This document shows positions 28,101-36,383 of a stretch of 64,000 bases of DNA, one piece after another. The notes beneath the pieces are model-generated. The model was not told the DNA's origin. It did not search any database and saw only the letters and a program-made list of their open reading frames with translations. Numbering within the stretch: the first letter of the stretch is position 1; each line of letters opens with the position of its first letter. This DNA comes from a virus, in IMG/VR virus record IMGVR_UViG_3300010157_000040, positions 32,001-96,000 of that record. One strand, given 5' to 3'. The position numbers were made by a program, and so were the translations under genes.

Positions 28101-30911
28101 ACTACCCAACAATATCCTCAAGGATACTATCCACAACAAGGTGGTTACAATCCAAATTTTTTACAAAAGTTTTTTCCAGGTAATTTACCACAAGTTGTTG
28201 GTTCTTACGGAGAAATGAAAAAAATGTATGATCCAAAAACTGGTTTACCATATACTGGAGGATTTGGTCCTGGTACACAACTTACTAAACTAGATGTAAG
28301 AAAATCACGTTTAAATGGAGATCCAAAAAAATACACTATGTATTTTAATAATTCAGAAATGGATCCAAGAAAACAAGGTTTAATTAGTCTTGATGGTCAA
28401 GGTAATGGTTCTGGAAATGGTCATGGAAATGATAATACAAACTATAGTGATGATAGATGGGGAAGACATGATGAAAGATATAATGCTAGAAATAAAAGAA
28501 GATTAAATAGACATGGCATTGATGTACCAGAAGAAACAAGAGATAATCCATATTTAAATGAACGTGAAGATGTTCAAACTCAAATAGATACAGAAGGTAA
28601 TTCTATTCCATTAGGAGAAAACAAATATAATTCTAACGTTGTAAATACAAGTACTGCAGTTTTAGATAATAATGGTATTCCAATGACTGATGATGGTTCT
28701 AACTTAATGATAGAAAATCATCCAGATTTCTCTTCAGTATCTCCATCTGAATCATCTAATGTTAGAGAAGATATTAAACTTAATCCAGAAGCAACTAAAC
28801 TTGCTGCACAAAAAGCATATGGAGAATATGGTGATGTTTCTGCAGAATTTGGTAACAATGGTCCTCAATTACAAGAAGCATTTAATAATATATTTGCAAC
28901 ACAAGGTCAAGATGCAGCTGATGCAATGATGTCAAATGCATTTAAAGAAAGAAATGCAAATATTAAAGACATGCCGGTTGAACAACCAGTTGAACAAACA
29001 GCTGAACAACCTATTGATGAAGCTACAGGTGAACCTATTAATGTACCTACTGATCAACCAGTAAATGAATCTAATGTAGATAATTCTGATGCTGTATCAG
29101 AAGCACCAATGCAGAAAATTAGTAGTAATAATTCTGCAATAGATTTTATGAATAATTACAATACTAATCCTGAGTTTGCTGCAATGGTAGATGATGCTAA
29201 AAATAGAGCACAAGGAACAAATGGTGATTGGTATGGAACAGGAGATAGTCAGAATTTAGAATCACCTACTGTTCGTGATATGGCAAACTATAATAATGAA
29301 GCAAATGCATTAAATAAATTTACATCTGCAATAGATGAAGATCAATATGCACAACAAGAAGGTTTACCAATAAGACAAGCACATATAGATCAGAATACTA
29401 ATTATCCTGATAAAATAGAAATGCCTGCGGAATTACAAGATTGGCAAAACAAACAAAATATAAATAATAGTAATAATCAAGTTGTTAATAATAAAAACCC
29501 TAGACAAGGTACAAACCAAAACAATAGAGGTAATAGTAAAGTTGATAATAAAATAAATACTAAATTAAATAATATTGATATTAAGGAAAATCCATATCCA
29601 AAAGATTCAGAAATGCATTATGTATATGAAGAGTTAACACCTGAAGAGAAAAAATTACATAAAATAGCTAATATAAAAAATGAATCAAAACGTCAAGGAG
29701 ATAAAAATAATAGAAATAAAGAACTTGAAGTATTTAATCATTCAAATGAAGGAAGAGAACAGTATTATAATAACTTAGATAGAGGTGCAGCTCAACAATA
29801 TTATAAATCTGATATAGAACCTAAAATTACTCAAACAACAAATGCATATAATAATGCAATTGATGCAGCTAAAACAGATGCAGCAAGAAATAAACTTGTA
29901 AAAGAAAAAGAAATTGCCTTAAATAATATTAATAAACAATTCTTTAAAGGTATTGATTTTGATCAAGCAGGTTCACAATATACTCCACCTCCAAAAAATA
30001 TTACAGAAGGTAATGACTTTAGAAAATATATGCATGAGTTTTATCCTAACATAAGTAAAAGTTTTAATTTAGATGTTAAAGGAAATATTAATTCAAGTGA
30101 ATTTAAAGATGTTTGGAATAAGTATGGTGCAAGATTTTTATATGGTAATCGTTCAGATGATCAAAAAGTAAAAGTTAGAAATACTATAAAAAGTCATATG
30201 GGTGCTTTTGGACATCTTAGAGATGGTGGTGCATTAAATAAATTTATTCCTAAAGCATCACCAGGATTAGAAGTTGGTTCACCAGTTACCTATACAGGTA
30301 ATAAAGCACTAGAAGGAATGACTGATGTACAAATGATTAGTCTTAATCCAGGTATACAAGATTTAAATCCATCTTCTCTAACAGGTTTCATGAATAATAA
30401 TAATAATGCACCTGCTAGAAATATGTCACAAGATCCTGCACAAATGAATATAGATAAAAACCAAATTGAAAGTCAAAATGCAGAAAAAGTTTATAATCCT
30501 AATGGAGACTTTGCAATAGATATTAAACAAAAAAACATGTATGAAGTAGATCCTGAAGTTTTATTACAAACAGGTAATGCACTTGGTAGAGGTTATGCAG
30601 GAATGATGAATAATATACAAAATCGTAAAAATACACGTAACATGTATAACGATCTTAATGCAGATAATTTATATTCAGCAACTACTGATAGAGACAGAGG
30701 AGATTATACTAAGTCTGGTTCTGCAAGAGGTGAGTTAAGATTTGATGAACAAGGTGCTAATAGTACTGGTAGATTTGCACAATACGGTGGAACATCTAAT
30801 GAAGATAATATGTATGACCAAGGTGGTTATTTTGATGGTGATGAAGCATACATGACAGAAGATCAAATTAAACAGTTCTTAGAAGCTGGAGGAGAAATAG
30901 AATATTTATAA
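25128..30911 (+). CDS. Large low-complexity putative internal (cargo) protein
   Basis: 1927 aa, rich in N/Q/G/D/E/P, with many xxxGG motifs and internal duplications. Confidence 0.7.
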   Translation: MKKKVRIYRAQDGIGKFLHKKQEGGMLDVNERGYPGQQEQTPVTQEQLTQLVVNDISQGISKEQVIVKLATVHGLDPMQASQFYDQIFGLLEDQKQKDIDSVENPDETETVDNPEEEVVEEETPDTLNYDHTSNAGLDIAQEDDGLDVANEDLGTLESDLIMRRGGLVRADEGASIDDTLWNTQTYPIQFPGMDTYLPDNTGMDQYINQQNTQTVADRAYPDPTGGMLNNTDTASNYAERVPDPNADTSEYKKGGTYKTDKRKFVNSILNLVKKQMGGQEKPMSNDADPTGQNVRTNNLQAFIGTVKNQSQIAIAKKEAEEQYDKMMQQQQMMIQQQQPPMYPMAQEGGMYPNMDEDPENPMHHLEAYANTTHGIFDQPMVGLSQAQYGGNTEGCFPTQLPNGQVITNCFPRQEQRDENQRQIDAGSYDGLGATQEQDIDRGNYPKIFDPNESHVTNFPKRFDPYAPHVPSYVNYGNGQVMYTPRRRQTNIGVIPGMQGLQGMPNFGYGNGMPPITKLDVRRSGLFGRPRRYTAEFGQGAMLPGQQGSGIGFYGYGAPEIKKSPARVIVENVASTVNNEAIKEVAKVTPGSTATTTAVDPNKKATEVKVVPGSGSGSGSGTGNTNKKSNTGNSTPIKSNEEVVIDPKTGYASKDQFNVRQGIKIGNVAFVTDLKNNDLYTQMQDVWTGNPVENEWKKNDPTYMPSKGGAKNVNSNPTIGPNGEKRHTLGRMYPGETNAHFNQRVKEYNAKPWYEKMVNTNPEKEWADSQSNNYNDVGPMQYLAPTSVGSGAILGAGKLSAEVAKKLASKVAPKVAKVVSKVAKTPAQVKAAKALASQKAMLRQINKGNYGYHEEGGIIDTSTIDPNNPELMRFVYGGNDPYVTQQDINYSNSKDVTDPYFQGGGELTDEEQKEADAAVYDKINPEILAQIQKEQAASSPNPYMEPVGQRDKSLPDSANRENYSRLVENGKVYTGYNPDHKYVGADYVPKNTTTQQYPQGYYPQQGGYNPNFLQKFFPGNLPQVVGSYGEMKKMYDPKTGLPYTGGFGPGTQLTKLDVRKSRLNGDPKKYTMYFNNSEMDPRKQGLISLDGQGNGSGNGHGNDNTNYSDDRWGRHDERYNARNKRRLNRHGIDVPEETRDNPYLNEREDVQTQIDTEGNSIPLGENKYNSNVVNTSTAVLDNNGIPMTDDGSNLMIENHPDFSSVSPSESSNVREDIKLNPEATKLAAQKAYGEYGDVSAEFGNNGPQLQEAFNNIFATQGQDAADAMMSNAFKERNANIKDMPVEQPVEQTAEQPIDEATGEPINVPTDQPVNESNVDNSDAVSEAPMQKISSNNSAIDFMNNYNTNPEFAAMVDDAKNRAQGTNGDWYGTGDSQNLESPTVRDMANYNNEANALNKFTSAIDEDQYAQQEGLPIRQAHIDQNTNYPDKIEMPAELQDWQNKQNINNSNNQVVNNKNPRQGTNQNNRGNSKVDNKINTKLNNIDIKENPYPKDSEMHYVYEELTPEEKKLHKIANIKNESKRQGDKNNRNKELEVFNHSNEGREQYYNNLDRGAAQQYYKSDIEPKITQTTNAYNNAIDAAKTDAARNKLVKEKEIALNNINKQFFKGIDFDQAGSQYTPPPKNITEGNDFRKYMHEFYPNISKSFNLDVKGNINSSEFKDVWNKYGARFLYGNRSDDQKVKVRNTIKSHMGAFGHLRDGGALNKFIPKASPGLEVGSPVTYTGNKALEGMTDVQMISLNPGIQDLNPSSLTGFMNNNNNAPARNMSQDPAQMNIDKNQIESQNAEKVYNPNGDFAIDIKQKNMYEVDPEVLLQTGNALGRGYAGMMNNIQNRKNTRNMYNDLNADNLYSATTDRDRGDYTKSGSARGELRFDEQGANSTGRFAQYGGTSNEDNMYDQGGYFDGDEAYMTEDQIKQFLEAGGEIEYL

Positions 30912-30920
30912 ATTTACACT

Positions 30921-33224
30921 ATGTTTTATAAAGTAAAAATTAAAAAAGTTCCAAAAGCAAAAGTTGGATACCAAGTACAAGGTTCATTAGCTAATGATGT
31001 TCCTGCAATGGGTGGTGCAGATTATAATTCCTATATGGGAGTTCCTAATCCAAAAGTAAAAAAAGTTTTACAACCTGTTCCAAGAGAAGAAGCTAATTTA
31101 GAAGCTGAGAAAGGTGAAACAGTTATTGGAAACATAGATGGTTCTATGATGCCATCATTATATACTATTGGTGGTAAACGACATGTAAATGGAGGTACAC
31201 CACTTAATCTTCCTGATGATAGTTTTATTTTTAGTGATACTAAATCTATGATGATATCTGATCCACTTATACTAAAGATGTATAACAAACCTGTTAAGAA
31301 AGGTGGTTATACTCCGGCAGAATTATCAAAGCAATTTGATATGAATAGATACAGGAAGATTTTACAAGATCCAAATTCTGATTCAATTGACAGAAAGACT
31401 GCAGAAATGATGATCAAAAACTATGTAATGAAACTTGGTGCATTAGCATTAGCACAAGAATCTAAAAAAGGTTTTCCACAAGGTATACCAGAAATTGCTA
31501 AACCATATATGGAAGCAAATAAAATTAGTGAAGATCAACTTATGCCACAAAAAGCAAAAGAAGAAGCAAGTGAATCTCCACAACAAGAACAACAAGAGTC
31601 TGCAGGTCATGATATGCAAGAAGGTGAAGCACCAACAGAAATGCCTGATGGTTCTCCTGTTGCTATGCCAGGTTCTATGGAAGAATCTGTAGCACCAGAA
31701 CAAGCACCAGAACAAACTATGGAACAACCTACCATGGAACAGATGCAAGAAGCTCCTATGGCAGCTTATGGTATGCAAATGGGTGGTTATGATACTTATG
31801 GAACATATGCTTTTGGTGGTAACTTATACAAAGCAAAAGATGGTATTATTACACCATATGGACAAGCAAATACTACACAAGGTAATGTTACTCCAATGAA
31901 AACTGATGATAAATTTAGTTCTACTGGACTTGCACTTCCTGATTATTTAAAATCTTGGGAAACAAACATACCTGGTATAAGTACTAATATGTCAGAAGGT
32001 GATGCACAAAAAGCAATGTATGAGTGGTCATTAAAAAATAATCCAGATGCTATTAGAAACATGTGGGGAACACATGGTCTTACAGCACAAGGAATGAAAT
32101 TAAGAGATCAAAGAGCATTATCTACTAATGGTACAGGTACATTTACTGCAGAACAATTAAAAGATCCTGCATTACTTGCAAAATTACAAGCATCATATGT
32201 AGATAAAAAGTTTGGTGTTAGACAGTTAGATCCTAATAAACCACCACCACCACCAGAAGGTCCATGTCAATGTACAGATCCAACTGGAAAAATAGGTCCG
32301 TATAAACCAATGGTTAATGGTAAATGTTCATGTGAACCATCTACAACTATAAAAACATGTGTGTGTACTAAAGAAGATGGTACTGAGTATGATCCAGGTA
32401 AAGATGCTGATGGTAATTGTAAAGAGTGTGAAGAAGTAATACCACCTGATACAAAGTATCCACCAGCTCCTCCTGCAGGACCTGCAAAATGGTGGTTACA
32501 AGATACTGTAAATAGTATGGGTGCATTTGGTGATTTAGCTAGTATAAAAAAACAAATGCCATGGGAAGCTGCAGTAAAACTTGAAAAACCAAGACCTGTA
32601 TTTGAAAATAAAGATAGAGAACTTGCTGCACAAGCAGAACAAGCCGCAATTGCAACTGATGCAGCTGCAGGTTTTGCAGGTGGTGCACAACAATTAGGTT
32701 CTAGAACTTCTGGTATTCAGGGTAATGCAGCAGCACAAGCAGCAAATACAAGTGCTAGAGTTAATAATACTAATGTTAACATAGCAAATCAATTTGAAGG
32801 TCAAAGAACAGGTATTGCTAATCAAGAATCTATGTTAAACTCACAAATGAGAGGTAGAGTATATGATAAAAATGTAATTGCAAACCAACAATTTGATAAT
32901 TCTAAACTTGCTGCAAGAGGTAACTTAAGACAAAATTATAACACAGGAGTTACAAATAAGTGGAAGACAGATGCAATGAATCAAATGACACCTAACTATC
33001 AAGTTGATCCAAGTTCTGGAGGTAGAGTACATTATACTCCTACTGATAAGACAATAGATAAAACTGCACAACAAGAAACATTAAATTCATTTATTGATAG
33101 TATCCGTGATGAACCTATAGAAATTCAAAAATTGTTAATCAAACAAAAGTATGGAAAAATGGGTGGACAGATGTTTGAACATGGTGGTTTTGTGTACACA
33201 GTATTCCCTGCAGTAACATTATAA
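30921..33224 (+). CDS. Putative internal virion (cargo) protein
   Basis: 767 aa. N-terminal 'EAEKGE…GGKRHVNGG…FIFSD' domain typical of Bacteroidota phage virion proteins. A/Q/N-rich C-terminus like ejection/pilot proteins. Confidence 0.65.
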   Translation: MFYKVKIKKVPKAKVGYQVQGSLANDVPAMGGADYNSYMGVPNPKVKKVLQPVPREEANLEAEKGETVIGNIDGSMMPSLYTIGGKRHVNGGTPLNLPDDSFIFSDTKSMMISDPLILKMYNKPVKKGGYTPAELSKQFDMNRYRKILQDPNSDSIDRKTAEMMIKNYVMKLGALALAQESKKGFPQGIPEIAKPYMEANKISEDQLMPQKAKEEASESPQQEQQESAGHDMQEGEAPTEMPDGSPVAMPGSMEESVAPEQAPEQTMEQPTMEQMQEAPMAAYGMQMGGYDTYGTYAFGGNLYKAKDGIITPYGQANTTQGNVTPMKTDDKFSSTGLALPDYLKSWETNIPGISTNMSEGDAQKAMYEWSLKNNPDAIRNMWGTHGLTAQGMKLRDQRALSTNGTGTFTAEQLKDPALLAKLQASYVDKKFGVRQLDPNKPPPPPEGPCQCTDPTGKIGPYKPMVNGKCSCEPSTTIKTCVCTKEDGTEYDPGKDADGNCKECEEVIPPDTKYPPAPPAGPAKWWLQDTVNSMGAFGDLASIKKQMPWEAAVKLEKPRPVFENKDRELAAQAEQAAIATDAAAGFAGGAQQLGSRTSGIQGNAAAQAANTSARVNNTNVNIANQFEGQRTGIANQESMLNSQMRGRVYDKNVIANQQFDNSKLAARGNLRQNYNTGVTNKWKTDAMNQMTPNYQVDPSSGGRVHYTPTDKTIDKTAQQETLNSFIDSIRDEPIEIQKLLIKQKYGKMGGQMFEHGGFVYTVFPAVTL

Positions 33225-33270
33225 ACTTTTAAGATTTAGTAAACTTAAAAAATTTTAATATATTTATACT
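33222..33270 (+). promoter_or_regulatory. Putative promoter/operator (TAAACT x2 + TATATTTATA)
   Basis: Same architecture as 25067-25117. Confidence 0.5.
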
Positions 33271-33287
33271 ATATATAAAGACAAATT

Positions 33288-36200
33288 ATGGCAACGTATT
33301 TACAAGGTGTCACAGATTACATTCCTCAATTTCAGCCGTTTCAACCGGACCTGAATTTCTATTCTAATATTTTACAGACTAAACAAAGTCAGTATGATAC
33401 TAATTGGAAAGCATTAAACACAATGTATAGTCAGTATTATAATGCTGACCTTACAAGAACTGAAAATGCTGATAAGAAAGATCAATATATAAAAGGAATA
33501 GACTTTAATTTAAAAAGAGTATCTCAATTAGATTTATCATTAGAACAAAATGTAGATCAAGCTACACAAGTATTTAAACCATTTTATCAAGATAAAGGTT
33601 TAATGAAAGATATGGCATGGACTAAAAATTATAATGCTGCAGTTGGAAGAGCTGAATCTTTAAAAACTGCATATGATGATAAACAAAGAGGTCAATACTG
33701 GGCAACAGGAGTAACTGAATTAAATTATCTTAAAGATGAATTTAAAAATACTACTTCAGACAAAGCAATGAATTTTGGTAATGTTAGTTACACACCTTAT
33801 GTAAATGTAAGTGAAAAAGCACAAAAAATTGCAAAAGACTTTGGTAATATGGAAACACCAAGTTTTAGTAAAGATGGAAAATTTATTTTAAAAACTAAAA
33901 ATGGTGAACAATTAATTGAACCACTTAGTAAATTATTTGAATCTAGATTAGGAGATGATCCTTCTGTACAAGCTTTATATAAAACACAAGCATATGTAAA
34001 TAGAAAAGATTATGCATATTCTAATGCTGCTCAATTTAATGGAGACAAGAATGCTGCAGAAATGAAATATCTTGAAACTAGTTTTACTTTACTTAAAGAA
34101 AAAAGTACTGCAAGATATAATGCATTAAAAGAAAATTCACAAGGGTATACTGATAAGATAGCAAATTTACAAAAACAAGTAGATGATAAAACTGCTTCTC
34201 CAGAAATACAAAAACAACTTGCTGATTTAAAAATGAATAAAGATATTAATGACAAAGTATTAACAAGATCTGAAGAAGAACAAAAAACATTAAATGGTGG
34301 ACAGTCAAGTACTGCTACTACAACTACCGGTTTTGTTAATCCTTATGGAGATTTAGAATCTTTAAGATGGAAAGTAGATAATGGTATGGCATCTACATTA
34401 ATGCAAAAAGATTTAAATGAATCTGCACAATTATTTGCTTATAGTAATTATAAACAAGATATTGAAGCAAATCCATATGCTGTATTAGAAGAAAAAAATA
34501 GATTTAGTATGCAACAAATTGCTGCAAGAAATGCAGGTTTAGAGCGTGCTGTTAAATTAAAAGTTGCAGGTGATGCAAAAAATACTTTGAATGCTGCAAG
34601 AATAGCTGCCGGAACACATTACTTAGATGAAGAAACAGGTCAAGTAGTACCATATGAAGCATTTCAAAATATAATCAGTGAACCTTCTGATCAAGCACAT
34701 ACTGACAAGTTAAACTTAAAAGAAACTAGTAAACGTATAAATGATGTTCAAGCACAGACTACAGGTATACCTTATCTAAAAAATACTGTAGGTTTAATAC
34801 AAAAACTTGTTACAGAACATTCAATGACTCAACAAGAAGCATCTGCAATTTTAGGTTATGATAAAAATCCTAATATTTCTTTAGATAGTTTTAGTAAAAA
34901 ATTAGATAAGTATGGTGTTAATTGGATGCGTAATGAAGTTGGTGCTAAAAACTTACATCAGATAGAAAAAGAAATGACTACTTGGTTAGGTCGTAATAGT
35001 GAACAGTCTGGTTTAAATAGTGAACAATATCAAGCATACAGAAAATCTGCAATTAGATTTGATGATTATACAAAGTATTTAAAAGAAGATCATGAATGGA
35101 GAAAAACAACTTCATTTGAAGTAGAAAGAGAGTTAAGAAAACAAGGTCTACATGGTGCTGATTATTTATATGACAATGGAGGTAATCTTAGAACAAGAGA
35201 AGAATTCATTGATATAATGGAAAAGAAAGGTAAGATTGATTCTCAAGAAAGTAAACATGAAATTATTGTTTCAAAAATAGATAAGTTGGCTAATGAAAAA
35301 CATAAGTTATTAGAAGATAGATATAATAATGGTAAGCATTTTAAAAATGGAATTGAAGCTCAACAAGCATTACATAAAGCAAATGATTCTGAATTAAAAG
35401 CATTTGATCAAGAAATAATTAAATTACGTCATCAATTACCAGAAAATTTAAGAAATGGTTATGAAATGGGTAAGATTAAAGGAAACATGTATGATAATTA
35501 TGAAGCTTTAGTAAATGCAGCTGGTAAAGTATATACAAGTGGTAGAATTAAAAAACCATTACCTGGAATGGCACAGTTTGGTGAAATGGAAGGTACTGGT
35601 ACATTTGCTCCACGTGTAAATACAATATTAGTAAATCCTAAAGGTCATGGACCTACATCAGTATTTGCTGGTGAAGTATTCAGAGATTTAGATAATAATA
35701 TAGACTGGGGTGACAATACTAAAAATAGAGCATCATTTAGAGGATTTAATAAAGGTTCATGGGATAACCATAGTAATGGTGATTTAAATAGTACTTTTAG
35801 ACAAGTATATGAAGCAATGCGTAATGAACAAAATACTGCAAAATCTAAAATGGGTAACTATAAAATTACAGTATCTCCACTTGCTGCAGGTTCAATAAAT
35901 AAAGTTGCTATAGTTATTAAACCAGATTTAACATGGTTAAAAACTCAAGTATATAATGTTGATAAAGATGGTAATCAAAATAGTCCAGGAACAATTAGTT
36001 ATGAGCAATTTAAAAATATATCAACATATGGTATGAACATGATTACTGATGCTAAAAATATGACAAACAGTTTATATACTACTGCATACCAAAGTCCATT
36101 ACAATCTTATGTAGATCATCATGAAGGTGGTTATGTTTATACTGATCCATTAAATCCTAATTATAATTTAACTATTCAAAAAGGTGCAAAAGGTGGTGGT

Positions 36201-36383
36201 GATTATATGCAAACAATTAATTATCAAACTTGGAACCCAAATACAAATTCATATGATAATCAAACAGTAGTAGATAATTCAACTGTTTTTGGAGCAAATT
36301 TGGAAAACAGTAGAGATGATTTTACACAATGGATAGATAATATGAAAATCCAGAATAAACTTATAGCCAATGGCAACTACTGA
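33288..36383 (+). CDS. Putative ejected cargo protein
   Basis: 1031 aa. N-terminal 'YIPQFQPFQPDL…KQSQYD' resembles crAss-like cargo proteins upstream of the RNAP. Confidence 0.6.
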   Translation: MATYLQGVTDYIPQFQPFQPDLNFYSNILQTKQSQYDTNWKALNTMYSQYYNADLTRTENADKKDQYIKGIDFNLKRVSQLDLSLEQNVDQATQVFKPFYQDKGLMKDMAWTKNYNAAVGRAESLKTAYDDKQRGQYWATGVTELNYLKDEFKNTTSDKAMNFGNVSYTPYVNVSEKAQKIAKDFGNMETPSFSKDGKFILKTKNGEQLIEPLSKLFESRLGDDPSVQALYKTQAYVNRKDYAYSNAAQFNGDKNAAEMKYLETSFTLLKEKSTARYNALKENSQGYTDKIANLQKQVDDKTASPEIQKQLADLKMNKDINDKVLTRSEEEQKTLNGGQSSTATTTTGFVNPYGDLESLRWKVDNGMASTLMQKDLNESAQLFAYSNYKQDIEANPYAVLEEKNRFSMQQIAARNAGLERAVKLKVAGDAKNTLNAARIAAGTHYLDEETGQVVPYEAFQNIISEPSDQAHTDKLNLKETSKRINDVQAQTTGIPYLKNTVGLIQKLVTEHSMTQQEASAILGYDKNPNISLDSFSKKLDKYGVNWMRNEVGAKNLHQIEKEMTTWLGRNSEQSGLNSEQYQAYRKSAIRFDDYTKYLKEDHEWRKTTSFEVERELRKQGLHGADYLYDNGGNLRTREEFIDIMEKKGKIDSQESKHEIIVSKIDKLANEKHKLLEDRYNNGKHFKNGIEAQQALHKANDSELKAFDQEIIKLRHQLPENLRNGYEMGKIKGNMYDNYEALVNAAGKVYTSGRIKKPLPGMAQFGEMEGTGTFAPRVNTILVNPKGHGPTSVFAGEVFRDLDNNIDWGDNTKNRASFRGFNKGSWDNHSNGDLNSTFRQVYEAMRNEQNTAKSKMGNYKITVSPLAAGSINKVAIVIKPDLTWLKTQVYNVDKDGNQNSPGTISYEQFKNISTYGMNMITDAKNMTNSLYTTAYQSPLQSYVDHHEGGYVYTDPLNPNYNLTIQKGAKGGGDYMQTINYQTWNPNTNSYDNQTVVDNSTVFGANLENSRDDFTQWIDNMKIQNKLIANGNY

